This document shows positions 36,300 to 44,207 of a DNA stretch of 44,413 nt, in pieces (positions within the stretch are counted from its first letter, which is position 1; every line of letters begins with the position of its first letter). The DNA is from a virus (taxonomy: Duplodnaviria; Caudoviricetes). Location of the stretch: the IMG/VR virus record IMGVR_UViG_3300032212_000032, positions 1-44,413 of that record. One strand, given 5' to 3'. The notes below the pieces were generated by a model that worked only from the letters and a program-made list of their open reading frames with translations, did not search any database and was not told the DNA's origin. The position numbers and the translations under genes were made by a program.

Positions 36300-38042
36300 T
36301 TAAGCCGTTTGGCTGTGTTCTGCATCAACAGGCATTTCGATATCTTTGTAGTGCATGATTTTGCACTTGCAGATTTCTGTCCAGCCTTTTTGCATGTTAC
36401 GAACTAATAGCTCTCGCCAATAGTCAACCTCTTTTGTAGGTACTCTAATATTAATCTGGTCATGTACCACATTATAGATATACTTCAAAATTCTTTCATC
36501 TTCTTGTACTGCATAGTGAATAGCTAATTTAGTAGTTTCACCAATAGTCCCTTGAGTAGGGATATTAATTGCATCAGTACCTAGTTTAGGCTTAGCTCGA
36601 CGACCTAGTGCTGTACTAACAACATGGCTAGGTTTTTTATAACCATTCCAAGCTTCATTATGATACTTAGCAATAGCAGGATAATGCTCTTGATATTTCT
36701 TCTTAATAGCTACACATTCAGCTAATGAGAATACAACATCATAATTAACAAACGCATATTCCTGGAACGTTTTAGCAGACATGCCAAAAATAAACCCAAA
36801 ACTAACAGCTTTACCCTTAGTTCTATCTTCTTTGGTAATTTCCTCGATAGGCTTACCTGTAGCCATAGATGCAGAAACCTTATGCAAGTCAATACCTGCT
36901 TTCAGCTCAGCATACATTACAGGCTCTTTCATAATACTACATGCTGCACGTAGCTCAGCAGTACCAAAGTCAGCCTCTATAACTGTATAGCCTTCAGTGT
37001 CATAATTGAATAAATACTGAAGATTACGAGTAATTTGCTGACTATTAATACCTCTTGGTAAGTCTTTACCAGTAGCAGTAAATCTACCTGTAACAGCACC
37101 AGCTACATTAAACCTAGTATAAACTTTAGGAAAGTCATAGCTATTAAGCATGCTTTCTCTTTTAATAAGTCTACGTTGGTCGAAGATAGCTTTAGCTAGT
37201 TTACCTCTTGCTCCTCCTTCAGAAACTATTTGAATAAGAGCATTTTTATCAGACTCATGGCTTTTAAGAGCTGCTCGCACTTTTTGATAGCTGTTAGAAT
37301 TAACTCCAGTCCAGTTTTCAAAAGTGTAATCTGACTTTGGCCACCACTTAGGTTTATCACCTTCGCTCCACCAAGTAGGAACAGGAACTGCATTTAAAAT
37401 AGCACTATTCTTAGCCATAGCACCAATTAGTTTTGCTTTCTCTTCAGCTACTTTCTCTTGGTTAACTTCTAACCCATTTTGCTGATATTCAATAGCATAC
37501 TTCATAGAAAGAATATCTACTTTATAAGCTAATAGTTCACGACATTTTTGGATATTTGAGTCTTCCCAGATTTTACTAAGAGCATAAACATCAATAGCAG
37601 AATATTCTAGTTGGGCATGAGATAGATAAGCCCCTTTAACAAATCCTGCTTTTTGCATAGCTTTCTTATCTAAGTGCGCATATAAATTACCTAAGCCAAA
37701 CTTAATAACTAATGAGGCTAAATCGAAGTCCATGAATTGAGGATAAGCAGACCTAGATAGATACATAATATCATCAAAGCGGTCTGTAACCATATTCAAT
37801 GTGCCGAAGTCATATGAGGCACCTTGCCAAATAGTCCATAGAGGTTTAATGAAAGCTTTAGCTTCTTCCAAATCTATATCATCGATGTCAAGTATATAAA
37901 CTATTTCTGATGCAGTAGGTTGAAAGAGCTGAATTAATCTAATATTAATATATAGACCATCTGTCTCAATATCTGCAAATGTTGGTTCTGCTAGGTTGAA
38001 AGTCGGTAAGTCTTTAAGGTCTGTTACAACTTTAAATTCCAT
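36300..38042 (-). CDS. polA: Family A DNA polymerase with 3'-5' exonuclease
   Basis: ADIET and YSAIDV exonuclease motifs; TGR, ADFGTAELR, R..GK..SFG.IFG, QGT and VHDQ polymerase motifs. Confidence 0.92.
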   Translation of the reverse strand: MEFKVVTDLKDLPTFNLAEPTFADIETDGLYINIRLIQLFQPTASEIVYILDIDDIDLEEAKAFIKPLWTIWQGASYDFGTLNMVTDRFDDIMYLSRSAYPQFMDFDLASLVIKFGLGNLYAHLDKKAMQKAGFVKGAYLSHAQLEYSAIDVYALSKIWEDSNIQKCRELLAYKVDILSMKYAIEYQQNGLEVNQEKVAEEKAKLIGAMAKNSAILNAVPVPTWWSEGDKPKWWPKSDYTFENWTGVNSNSYQKVRAALKSHESDKNALIQIVSEGGARGKLAKAIFDQRRLIKRESMLNSYDFPKVYTRFNVAGAVTGRFTATGKDLPRGINSQQITRNLQYLFNYDTEGYTVIEADFGTAELRAACSIMKEPVMYAELKAGIDLHKVSASMATGKPIEEITKEDRTKGKAVSFGFIFGMSAKTFQEYAFVNYDVVFSLAECVAIKKKYQEHYPAIAKYHNEAWNGYKKPSHVVSTALGRRAKPKLGTDAINIPTQGTIGETTKLAIHYAVQEDERILKYIYNVVHDQINIRVPTKEVDYWRELLVRNMQKGWTEICKCKIMHYKDIEMPVDAEHSQTA

Positions 38043-38241
38043 TAGCTACCACCTTAGTGCAAGTAGAATACACATTATTCCGTTTGAGATAACTCGGTTT
38101 TAGAGAAAGTTTTAGATTTTTTGTAATTGTATCACAATCTTCCGCTTTTTTAACTACCATAGAAGTGGCGGTAGTTACTTTTTCAACTCTATTATAGCTA
38201 CTATCTGGGGTTGTAAAATAAATAATAAGAATCCATTCCAT
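38032..38241 (-). CDS. Hypothetical protein
   Basis: ORF overlapping the polymerase start. Confidence 0.55.
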   Translation of the reverse strand: MEWILIIYFTTPDSSYNRVEKVTTATSMVVKKAEDCDTITKNLKLSLKPSYLKRNNVYSTCTKVVANGI

Positions 38242-38283
38242 TACTTGCCTTTATTGTAGTTCAATTGAACTGAGATATTGTAA

Positions 38284-38313
38284 GAAATAAAAAGCACAGC
38301 CGAAGCCATGCTT
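38284..38313 (-). terminator. Rho-independent terminator with cUUCGg loop after the SSB gene
   Basis: AAGCATGGC-TTCG-GCTGTGCTT followed by TTTATTTC. Confidence 0.75.
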
Positions 38314-38318
38314 AGTGG

Positions 38319-38975
38319 TTAAATAGCTGGTTGCTCATCATCAGATGTATCAATGGCTGGTACACCTTCATCTAAGTCAATGTCATCACCGTCAATCTCT
38401 TCAGTTTCAACTTCATCCCCTTCATACTTGACAAGCTTGCCAATTTGAACAGCAGATAAGTATAATGTTACTTTAGCAGTACCACCAATATCATTACCTT
38501 GTGCTGTACCATGAATGATACCTGTTGAACCTTCTCCGATTGCCCATGGAACATTTGAGTAAGCTTCTGTAATATCTGAACCTTTGTGGTCAAATACTTT
38601 AATAACTTGGTCTTTACCATTAGCCCATTTAGTATTAGTTTTAAAAGTGATGATAACATTACCTGTAGGCTCTTTACGAACTTCTTCAGTCTCGGGGTCA
38701 ATATCAGTAGGGTCATCGACCTTCTTCATTTCAACTTTAATACCGTTAGTTTTAGGTTTCCCTTTAACACTATTGGCTTTCTTCCAAGTATCCCACTCAG
38801 CATCAATTAGCTCTAAAAAGCCTTTATGTACTGGGCCGTTTTCTGGAACTACTAAAGATGCCACGAATTGCATACGAGCTTCTTCGCCCGGCATTGCACC
38901 ATTGCGACCTTCGCCTTTAATAAAGACGTATTTTAGATTACCTAGACCTGTTTTAACTTTTGTACCTTTTGCCAT
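38319..38975 (-). CDS. ssb: Single-stranded DNA-binding protein (T7 gp2.5/DUF2815-like)
   Basis: IG.GS and VTLYLSAVQI..L..Y motifs, acidic C-terminal tail; AAAGGT RBS before MAKGTK. Confidence 0.8.
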   Translation of the reverse strand: MAKGTKVKTGLGNLKYVFIKGEGRNGAMPGEEARMQFVASLVVPENGPVHKGFLELIDAEWDTWKKANSVKGKPKTNGIKVEMKKVDDPTDIDPETEEVRKEPTGNVIITFKTNTKWANGKDQVIKVFDHKGSDITEAYSNVPWAIGEGSTGIIHGTAQGNDIGGTAKVTLYLSAVQIGKLVKYEGDEVETEEIDGDDIDLDEGVPAIDTSDDEQPAI

Positions 38976-39335
38976 ATGTTTTACCTTTGTTTTATATGTT
39001 TTATATTGTTCTAAGTGGACTACCACCATTCGCTTAATCGACGTCATAAGCTTTTGAAGGGCGAGGAGACGTCAAGTGAAAACTCGCACCACAAAAACTT
39101 ATAAGCCATGCTAGCATCCGAAGAGTGCTAGCACCCGGCAGGGCCAAATTCTATAAGGAGTAGTCTTTTAGCTCTTAAGACCCTCGATGCCTAATTCAAA
39201 GAGGGCCTTATAAAACTGAAATGCCCGAAGGCGATGACTACTTAGAAGATTTTCTAAGTGAGCCACCATTACGCTTTTGCGCAGCGGCTAAGTCTTGAAC
39301 AATAAAGCAAGGCTTAGACTTTGGTTGATGAGCCA
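38976..39335 (-). ncRNA. Candidate structured RNA / leader upstream of SSB
   Basis: At least seven helices readable by eye on the minus strand with G-U pairs, two UUCG-containing loops, and a long-range closing stem (39159-39165 with 39018-39024). Confidence 0.55.
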
Positions 39336-39336
39336 T
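39238..39336 (-). CDS. Possible 32-aa peptide (MAHQPKSKPCFIVQDLAAAQKRNGGSLRKSSK) within the structured leader
   Basis: ATG overlaps the upstream stop (TAATG); open frame. Confidence 0.35.
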   Translation of the reverse strand: MAHQPKSKPCFIVQDLAAAQKRNGGSLRKSSK

Positions 39337-39812
39337 TATGCTTTTGGTTCAGCTTTTGGAAGCTCTCTTGAGATTTTAGAGAAATCAGGAGTTTTAGCTT
39401 CAAGAGCTTTAATCATTGACTGAGCTTTATTGTTGTCGATTTTACTTGCAAGTAAATCAGCAACGATTGCATCTTTAGATGTTTTAGTAACACGAGTATG
39501 CTCTTTACGAATAGACTCAGCTTGACGTGATAAACGCTTAAGCATTTTACCATCAGTACCTTTGATACCTTTACCAGATTTATCTTCATAGAAGAAGTCA
39601 GCAGTTGCAGGTAAGAATTTGTCAGACACTTGACACATAATCTCAATAACTTTACCACTTGGGTCAGTTTTAGTAACAGTAGCTAAATCAACATGTTGAC
39701 CAGCAGTTTTAGGCTTAAGAAGACCATCAAGAGCCTCTACTAATGCTTTTGGAGCTTTATGAGTCTCACAAAGTCCCATTACGTTTGCGTGAATTTCTTT
39801 TTTAGTTGCCAT
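39336..39812 (-). CDS. Basic hypothetical protein, paralog of 7871..8326
   Basis: Own promoter and AAAGGA RBS, highly biased codons, shared motifs with 7871..8326. Confidence 0.8.
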   Translation of the reverse strand: MATKKEIHANVMGLCETHKAPKALVEALDGLLKPKTAGQHVDLATVTKTDPSGKVIEIMCQVSDKFLPATADFFYEDKSGKGIKGTDGKMLKRLSRQAESIRKEHTRVTKTSKDAIVADLLASKIDNNKAQSMIKALEAKTPDFSKISRELPKAEPKA

Positions 39813-39864
39813 TTTATTTTCCTTTGGCTAATTTTGAAATACGTTTCCGTCTTTCGTTACTAAT

Positions 39865-39886
39865 ATTATATCGTTTTAACATTAAA
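39865..39886 (-). promoter_or_regulatory. Sigma70-type promoter
   Basis: TTTAA-tgttaaaacga-TATAAT. Confidence 0.6.
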
Positions 39887-39984
39887 CGAATATTAGACGA
39901 AAATCTCAATACGGATAAATTTTGCAATATTATATTAAACTATTAATATATAATAAAAGTCTCATATAGGAGAGATATGGGCGT

Positions 39985-40266
39985 TTAAAACTGTATATCT
40001 TCTCCCTCAATTTCATCGGTTTTTATTTCTTTAACTAAGGTTATATCAAAGATATCAGAAACAAAGTTAAAGCCTTTTTCTGATGTACACCACTTTTTAG
40101 GAACCCAAAACTTACCGTCAAGATGTTGGCATAAATTTGCGCCATCAGTTTTATATAGTATCGGATACATTGTATAATAATTATGACCACTAAAATGCCG
40201 AAAGCGTTTAGTATCTCCCATTTTAGGGAGCTTGGGTCTAATAATCTTGACAGAGGTAGTATTCAC
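39985..40266 (-). CDS. Hypothetical protein
   Basis: ORF with GTG start in the minus-strand run. Confidence 0.5.
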   Translation of the reverse strand: MNTTSVKIIRPKLPKMGDTKRFRHFSGHNYYTMYPILYKTDGANLCQHLDGKFWVPKKWCTSEKGFNFVSDIFDITLVKEIKTDEIEGEDIQF

Positions 40267-40328
40267 TACTATTTTAAGTGTTTTAGCAGTTTCAATACAA
40301 GTACCAAAATGATGCTGAACTTAACTAG

Positions 40329-41672
40329 CTAGTTGCTCATCCATATCGTATCCTTACTACGTGACATACCTACATAAGTTAGCTTCATGCGTTCTTGCAG
40401 GTCTTTACAGATAGCTATATCTTTGCTATCAACATATACATGCTTAGCTTCAGAGCCTTGCGATTTGTGAACTGTCATACAGTGGTCAAAGTCAATGATA
40501 CAAGTAAAGTCATTAATAGCTTTATATTCTCTGTATTCCTTTCTTGAACCTTTAGTACTTTTATTAGCTTCAACTAATGCTTTACCTAATTTCTCTCTTT
40601 GAAGTTTATTCTGATAAGAGCCGAAAATCCCAGGAATACAAGAACCATCATCAAAGTGAAAGAACTTAATATATTTACAAGTAGTTAAGAACTGTAATGG
40701 ACTATATTTAGTATCTTCTGTAATCTCACCATTCGGTGTTAATACTTTGTCTACTTCAGGCTTATCAGTGATTTTAACTAAGGTCTTAGATTCTCTTAAA
40801 GTAGTGACATAAACTATATCACCTTTTATAGGGGTCTTATATCCTTGTATCTTTGCATTATGTTCTTCAACGGCTTTATTGGTATACGCATACATCTTCT
40901 TATCTTCGCAAGTATCTTCAAGATATAGCTTATCAATATCAATACCTCTATGAAAGTGCTCATTAGCTTCAAGATATGCGATAGGTCTAGTACCTTCAAT
41001 CATTTCCACCAATTTAGCTAGTGGCTCTGCAATAGACGTTGATGTACGGTGAATAACATTAAGCTTAACCCAGAAAGGTCCACCTGGTCTTGGGGCTGTA
41101 GGGCCTTTGATAGGACTTAGCTGATTTAGGTCTCCAACATAAATAACCTTAATAGGGTCAATAACCTCTTTTGTTGCTTCTGAGAGAGATGTATCACAAT
41201 CAGCACAAAAGAGCACATCTTCACTAACATCTCTACCGCAGTTACAAATTAACGACTCTAATAGTAGTTCATCTTGGAGCTCCCCAATACTCATATAGTC
41301 ATCATCACCAACAAAAGAAAATTCATCAACAACTAAAACTTGTAAATGTTCTGGTTTACCCATTTGATGGTTAGTCATAATACTTTTAATATGCTTAGCT
41401 TTCTCATTAATACCCGGTCGTTTCTTTAACCAGCTATGTAATGTTTTAACAGGAGAAGAGTCTGGTAGTTTCTTAGCTATTATCTCCTTAGCTTGATGAG
41501 TATAAGCAACAACTAAATAGTTTACTTTAGTTTCTTCAAACCAATCAATAACTGCTCGTAATTCTGTAGACTTGCCAGAACCTGCAGGGCCTGTTAAGAA
41601 TGCTTCTAACTCAACATCTTGAGACATAAAGTCTTTAGCCATTTTTAAAACTTCTGGATTTAGCTCAGCCAT
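40329..41672 (-). CDS. SF1B Dda/RecD-like DNA helicase
   Basis: GPAGSGKS, TLHSWL, VVDE, VGD..QL.P, TVHKSQG and YVGMSR motifs. Confidence 0.9.
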   Translation of the reverse strand: MAELNPEVLKMAKDFMSQDVELEAFLTGPAGSGKSTELRAVIDWFEETKVNYLVVAYTHQAKEIIAKKLPDSSPVKTLHSWLKKRPGINEKAKHIKSIMTNHQMGKPEHLQVLVVDEFSFVGDDDYMSIGELQDELLLESLICNCGRDVSEDVLFCADCDTSLSEATKEVIDPIKVIYVGDLNQLSPIKGPTAPRPGGPFWVKLNVIHRTSTSIAEPLAKLVEMIEGTRPIAYLEANEHFHRGIDIDKLYLEDTCEDKKMYAYTNKAVEEHNAKIQGYKTPIKGDIVYVTTLRESKTLVKITDKPEVDKVLTPNGEITEDTKYSPLQFLTTCKYIKFFHFDDGSCIPGIFGSYQNKLQREKLGKALVEANKSTKGSRKEYREYKAINDFTCIIDFDHCMTVHKSQGSEAKHVYVDSKDIAICKDLQERMKLTYVGMSRSKDTIWMSN

Positions 41673-41835
41673 TAGGTTTCTCTGATAGTTTTAAGTTAGC
41701 TAGGCGGCTTTGCTCTTTATTACCGATAATAGTAATAAAAGAATCTAAAGCTATCTCTAACTTCATAAACTGTGTTCTTATCTGTAGCTCTTCACTAGCT
41801 TTATGGCTAGCTGCTATAATTGCTTGAGTGTGCAT
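41665..41835 (-). CDS. 56-aa hypothetical protein (MHTQAII...)
   Basis: Manual translation; fills the gap and overlaps the helicase start. Confidence 0.5.
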   Translation of the reverse strand: MHTQAIIAASHKASEELQIRTQFMKLEIALDSFITIIGNKEQSRLANLKLSEKPNG

Positions 41836-41964
41836 TTATTGTCCAATCTTATTGAGCCAAAATGTGCCATCTGAAGCTAATAATAACATAGCAAACCAGA
41901 AACTAATATGCCCTAACCATGCTAATGGCATATCCCACTTATCATCTAGTATATCAAATTTCAT
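41836..41964 (-). CDS. 42-aa single-TM protein (MKFDILDDKW...)
   Basis: Manual translation; AAGGAG RBS. Confidence 0.6.
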   Translation of the reverse strand: MKFDILDDKWDMPLAWLGHISFWFAMLLLASDGTFWLNKIGQ

Positions 41965-41994
41965 TTTGTACTCCTTATTTTATTTATCCCTTGA

Positions 41995-42028
41995 AAGAGA
42001 TAAGCCAACACTCCGAAGAGTGCTAGTT
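41995..42028 (-). terminator. Terminator-like hairpin with cUUCGg loop
   Basis: CTAGCACTC-TTCG-GAGTGTTGG followed by CTTATCTCTTT. Confidence 0.6.
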
Positions 42029-42437
42029 ATTTCTTCTTTTTGGTTCGCTTTGCACGCTTAGCTTCCATTGCTGCGATATCAGCTTTAATTGCTTTACGAT
42101 CTGCTGCTGTATACTTACCTGTTTTAGTATAGTTTGCATTAGCAGTTTTTAAAGCTTTTTGCTGAGGTGTTAACTCTTTCTTTTTAGACTTTTTAGTTTG
42201 GTTACCATAATAGGCACCCATACCACCATCTGCTTGACCACGTTTAGAGACTTGAATATTCTCCTTAATATTAGCGCCGAAATTATCTTTTAAACTTTTA
42301 GGTTTTGCCATAACTTTCCCTTGATATTGTTGATTACCGTGTGGCTTAGTATGTATATTCATTACTACTAAAGCGAGTACAGCAAGCATAAATACAAGAA
42401 GTATCAGAGATGCTCCTAATAAAAACTTTTTCCACAT
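42027..42437 (-). CDS. N-terminal TM plus Lys-rich basic protein
   Basis: AAGGAG RBS and upstream promoter; possible internal start MAKPK. Confidence 0.7.
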   Translation of the reverse strand: MWKKFLLGASLILLVFMLAVLALVVMNIHTKPHGNQQYQGKVMAKPKSLKDNFGANIKENIQVSKRGQADGGMGAYYGNQTKKSKKKELTPQQKALKTANANYTKTGKYTAADRKAIKADIAAMEAKRAKRTKKKK

Positions 42438-42453
42438 AATCTCTCCTTGATTA

Positions 42454-42475
42454 ATTTTATCATAATAAGATTAAT
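42454..42475 (-). promoter_or_regulatory. Sigma70-type promoter
   Basis: ATTAA-tcttattatga-TAAAAT. Confidence 0.45.
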
Positions 42476-42494
42476 CTAATATTAAATTATAATT

Positions 42495-42728
42495 TTACGC
42501 ATAAATAGATAAAGCCGTTGGTTTCTGAATAACCTCAAGTAAAAGCTTGGACTTCTCCATTGCAAATGCTTTTGTTTGGCTCTTAGCATGTTTACGCAGC
42601 TCTAATACTTCAGTTCTTAACAGCTGTAAATCAGAAAGAGTAACAGTTAAGCTATCTGTTGAGTTATGCTCAAACCCTGCTAAGTTAATAGCCTCTAATA
42701 TAGTATCTATATTATCTATTGTATTCAT
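42495..42728 (-). CDS. Hypothetical protein
   Basis: Start MNTIDN overlaps the upstream stop; GGAG RBS. Confidence 0.65.
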   Translation of the reverse strand: MNTIDNIDTILEAINLAGFEHNSTDSLTVTLSDLQLLRTEVLELRKHAKSQTKAFAMEKSKLLLEVIQKPTALSIYA

Positions 42729-43202
42729 TTTTCTATCTCCCATTTTGGTTTAAAGTTTCTATATAATGCTTTAGTATCTAAAATATGTTTGCCAGTCTTA
42801 ATGAATAGCAAAGATTTTTCAGATAGCATACTCGGCTCATGCTTTAGCAAGAAATTAACCCAAGGCTGCACTGTTGTATTATGCATCTTAGCCATGAACT
42901 TAGCTATTTGATAATCGTTTAAGTATCTAGTTAACCCATAATAAATCTCCTCATACATTTTAAGAAAGTAATATTGCCTCTTAATATTAAAGTCCTTCAT
43001 TCCGATTGTTATATTATTAGCATCAACCCAAACATCTTTACCATCTTTGCGAAAAATAGGAAGTTCTGGATTAGATGTCTTATACATATAAACATTATCT
43101 GCATTTAAGCTATTCTCTAAACAAAAAGCCTCAACTGTAAGCCACCTAGAGGTATTAATATCTTTAGGTCTGTCAAACACTTTCACTCTATGCTCAGTCA
43201 TT
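42721..43202. repeat. Near-identical copy of 79-560
   Basis: Colinear with scattered, mostly synonymous substitutions. Confidence 0.9.
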
Positions 43203-43291
43203 CTCTTTACTCCTTTAAACTCTGCTTTACAGTACCAACAAAGTTTATTAGATGCTACTTGTATGGTTTGGCAGTTCGGGCATTGTTTCAT
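42725..43291 (-). CDS. Hypothetical protein (allele B of 83..559) with an in-frame N-terminal zinc ribbon; second start at 43201
   Basis: CPNC...CWYC leader, then AAGGAG-ATG (MTEHRVKVFD) where homology to allele A begins. Confidence 0.75.
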   Translation of the reverse strand: MKQCPNCQTIQVASNKLCWYCKAEFKGVKRMTEHRVKVFDRPKDINTSRWLTVEAFCLENSLNADNVYMYKTSNPELPIFRKDGKDVWVDANNITIGMKDFNIKRQYYFLKMYEEIYYGLTRYLNDYQIAKFMAKMHNTTVQPWVNFLLKHEPSMLSEKSLLFIKTGKHILDTKALYRNFKPKWEIEK

Positions 43292-43506
43292 TGTGAGTCC
43301 TTTGACTTACATTTAGTACAAATTTCTCTAGGTGTTGTTCCTTTAACAACTTTTCTATTTACATAACATCTAGGGCAATTCATGATAATATAGACTGAAT
43401 CATCCCATTCTTTAGGTCTTTCGCTTTGGTGCATAGAATACATTTCTCTTTCACATCTGCAAGGGTTGCTCTCACAATCTCCACAACCATCTCCTAATCC
43501 TATCAT
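43288..43506 (-). CDS. Small zinc-finger-like protein
   Basis: CGDC...C.C and CPRC...CTKC; AGGAGG RBS. Confidence 0.7.
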   Translation of the reverse strand: MIGLGDGCGDCESNPCRCEREMYSMHQSERPKEWDDSVYIIMNCPRCYVNRKVVKGTTPREICTKCKSKDSQ

Positions 43507-43533
43507 CTCCCACCTCCTAGTGAAAATCGGTTA

Positions 43534-43641
43534 TTAAGCCATCTGTCTTTTTAACCATTTCTTATGGTGTGCCTTGTTGATGTAGTGTGAAGCAATTAAG
43601 CCGATTATGGCTGTTGTTGCTAGTAGCATGAAGTAAATCAT
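43534..43641 (-). CDS. 35-aa single-TM peptide (MIYFMLLATT...)
   Basis: Manual translation; AAGGA RBS; ATGA overlap. Confidence 0.55.
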   Translation of the reverse strand: MIYFMLLATTAIIGLIASHYINKAHHKKWLKRQMA

Positions 43642-43766
43642 TTGTTGTCCTTTATCTCAATGTAATGTTCTTCCCACTTCACATCATCTATAGAAAAGTA
43701 TTCAATCCCTAGATTTTTACATAGTTTTGTATACTCAAAGTGTTTCTCTATTAAATAAGTTGTCAT
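43638..43766 (-). CDS. 42-aa hypothetical protein (MTTYLIEKHF...)
   Basis: Manual translation; AAAGGA RBS. Confidence 0.55.
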   Translation of the reverse strand: MTTYLIEKHFEYTKLCKNLGIEYFSIDDVKWEEHYIEIKDNK

Positions 43767-43797
43767 CTCTTATCCTTTAATCTTTCTTAAATAAGGC

Positions 43798-43956
43798 TCA
43801 ATAGCAAGAGCCCCCGATATTATAACTTTTATTTGCTTCCTCTACTACAACATCATAAGTAATAGTGTGGACTGATGTATGCTGATATAACCCTACACAC
43901 AATAGAGATAAAGCTACAATAAATGAAACTACAATTATTTTGTCTAAGCAAGTCAT
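43798..43956 (-). CDS. 52-aa single-TM protein, homolog of 552..674
   Basis: MTCLDKIIVVSFIVALSLLCVGLYQHT versus MTRLDKVIIVLFIITISLLCVSLYHHT. Confidence 0.65.
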   Translation of the reverse strand: MTCLDKIIVVSFIVALSLLCVGLYQHTSVHTITYDVVVEEANKSYNIGGSCY

Positions 43957-44195
43957 GATTTGTCCTTTACTTCAAACTCTGAGCAATATCTATAATCATC
44001 ACTCGTTCTCTCGTGCCACCCACACCATGCAAATCCATTAGGTTCGTTATTTTCTTCTGAGCAATAGTATTCGCAGTTTTTACATACAACTGCTTTTAAA
44101 TCATCAAACACTTTATTAACTTGTTGATTAGTTCTTGCCATAGCTTTATAATCATAACAGTCACTTGGTTTTAGTATATAATCATCTCTATTCAT
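43953..44195 (-). CDS. MNRDDY-family protein with Cys-rich C-terminus (allele B)
   Basis: N-terminus shared with 975..1241; CKNCEYYC...C...C. Confidence 0.7.
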   Translation of the reverse strand: MNRDDYILKPSDCYDYKAMARTNQQVNKVFDDLKAVVCKNCEYYCSEENNEPNGFAWCGWHERTSDDYRYCSEFEVKDKS

Positions 44196-44207
44196 CTCTT
44201 CCTTCCC

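Noticed and set aside
38976-39047. N-terminal extension of SSB in the ORF track
   Set aside because: An RBS precedes MAKGTK at 38975, and the extension overlaps the structured leader.
38976-39335. tRNA, tmRNA or self-cleaving ribozyme
   Set aside because: No cloverleaf or T-loop/CCA end, and no hammerhead core in correct context was recognisable.
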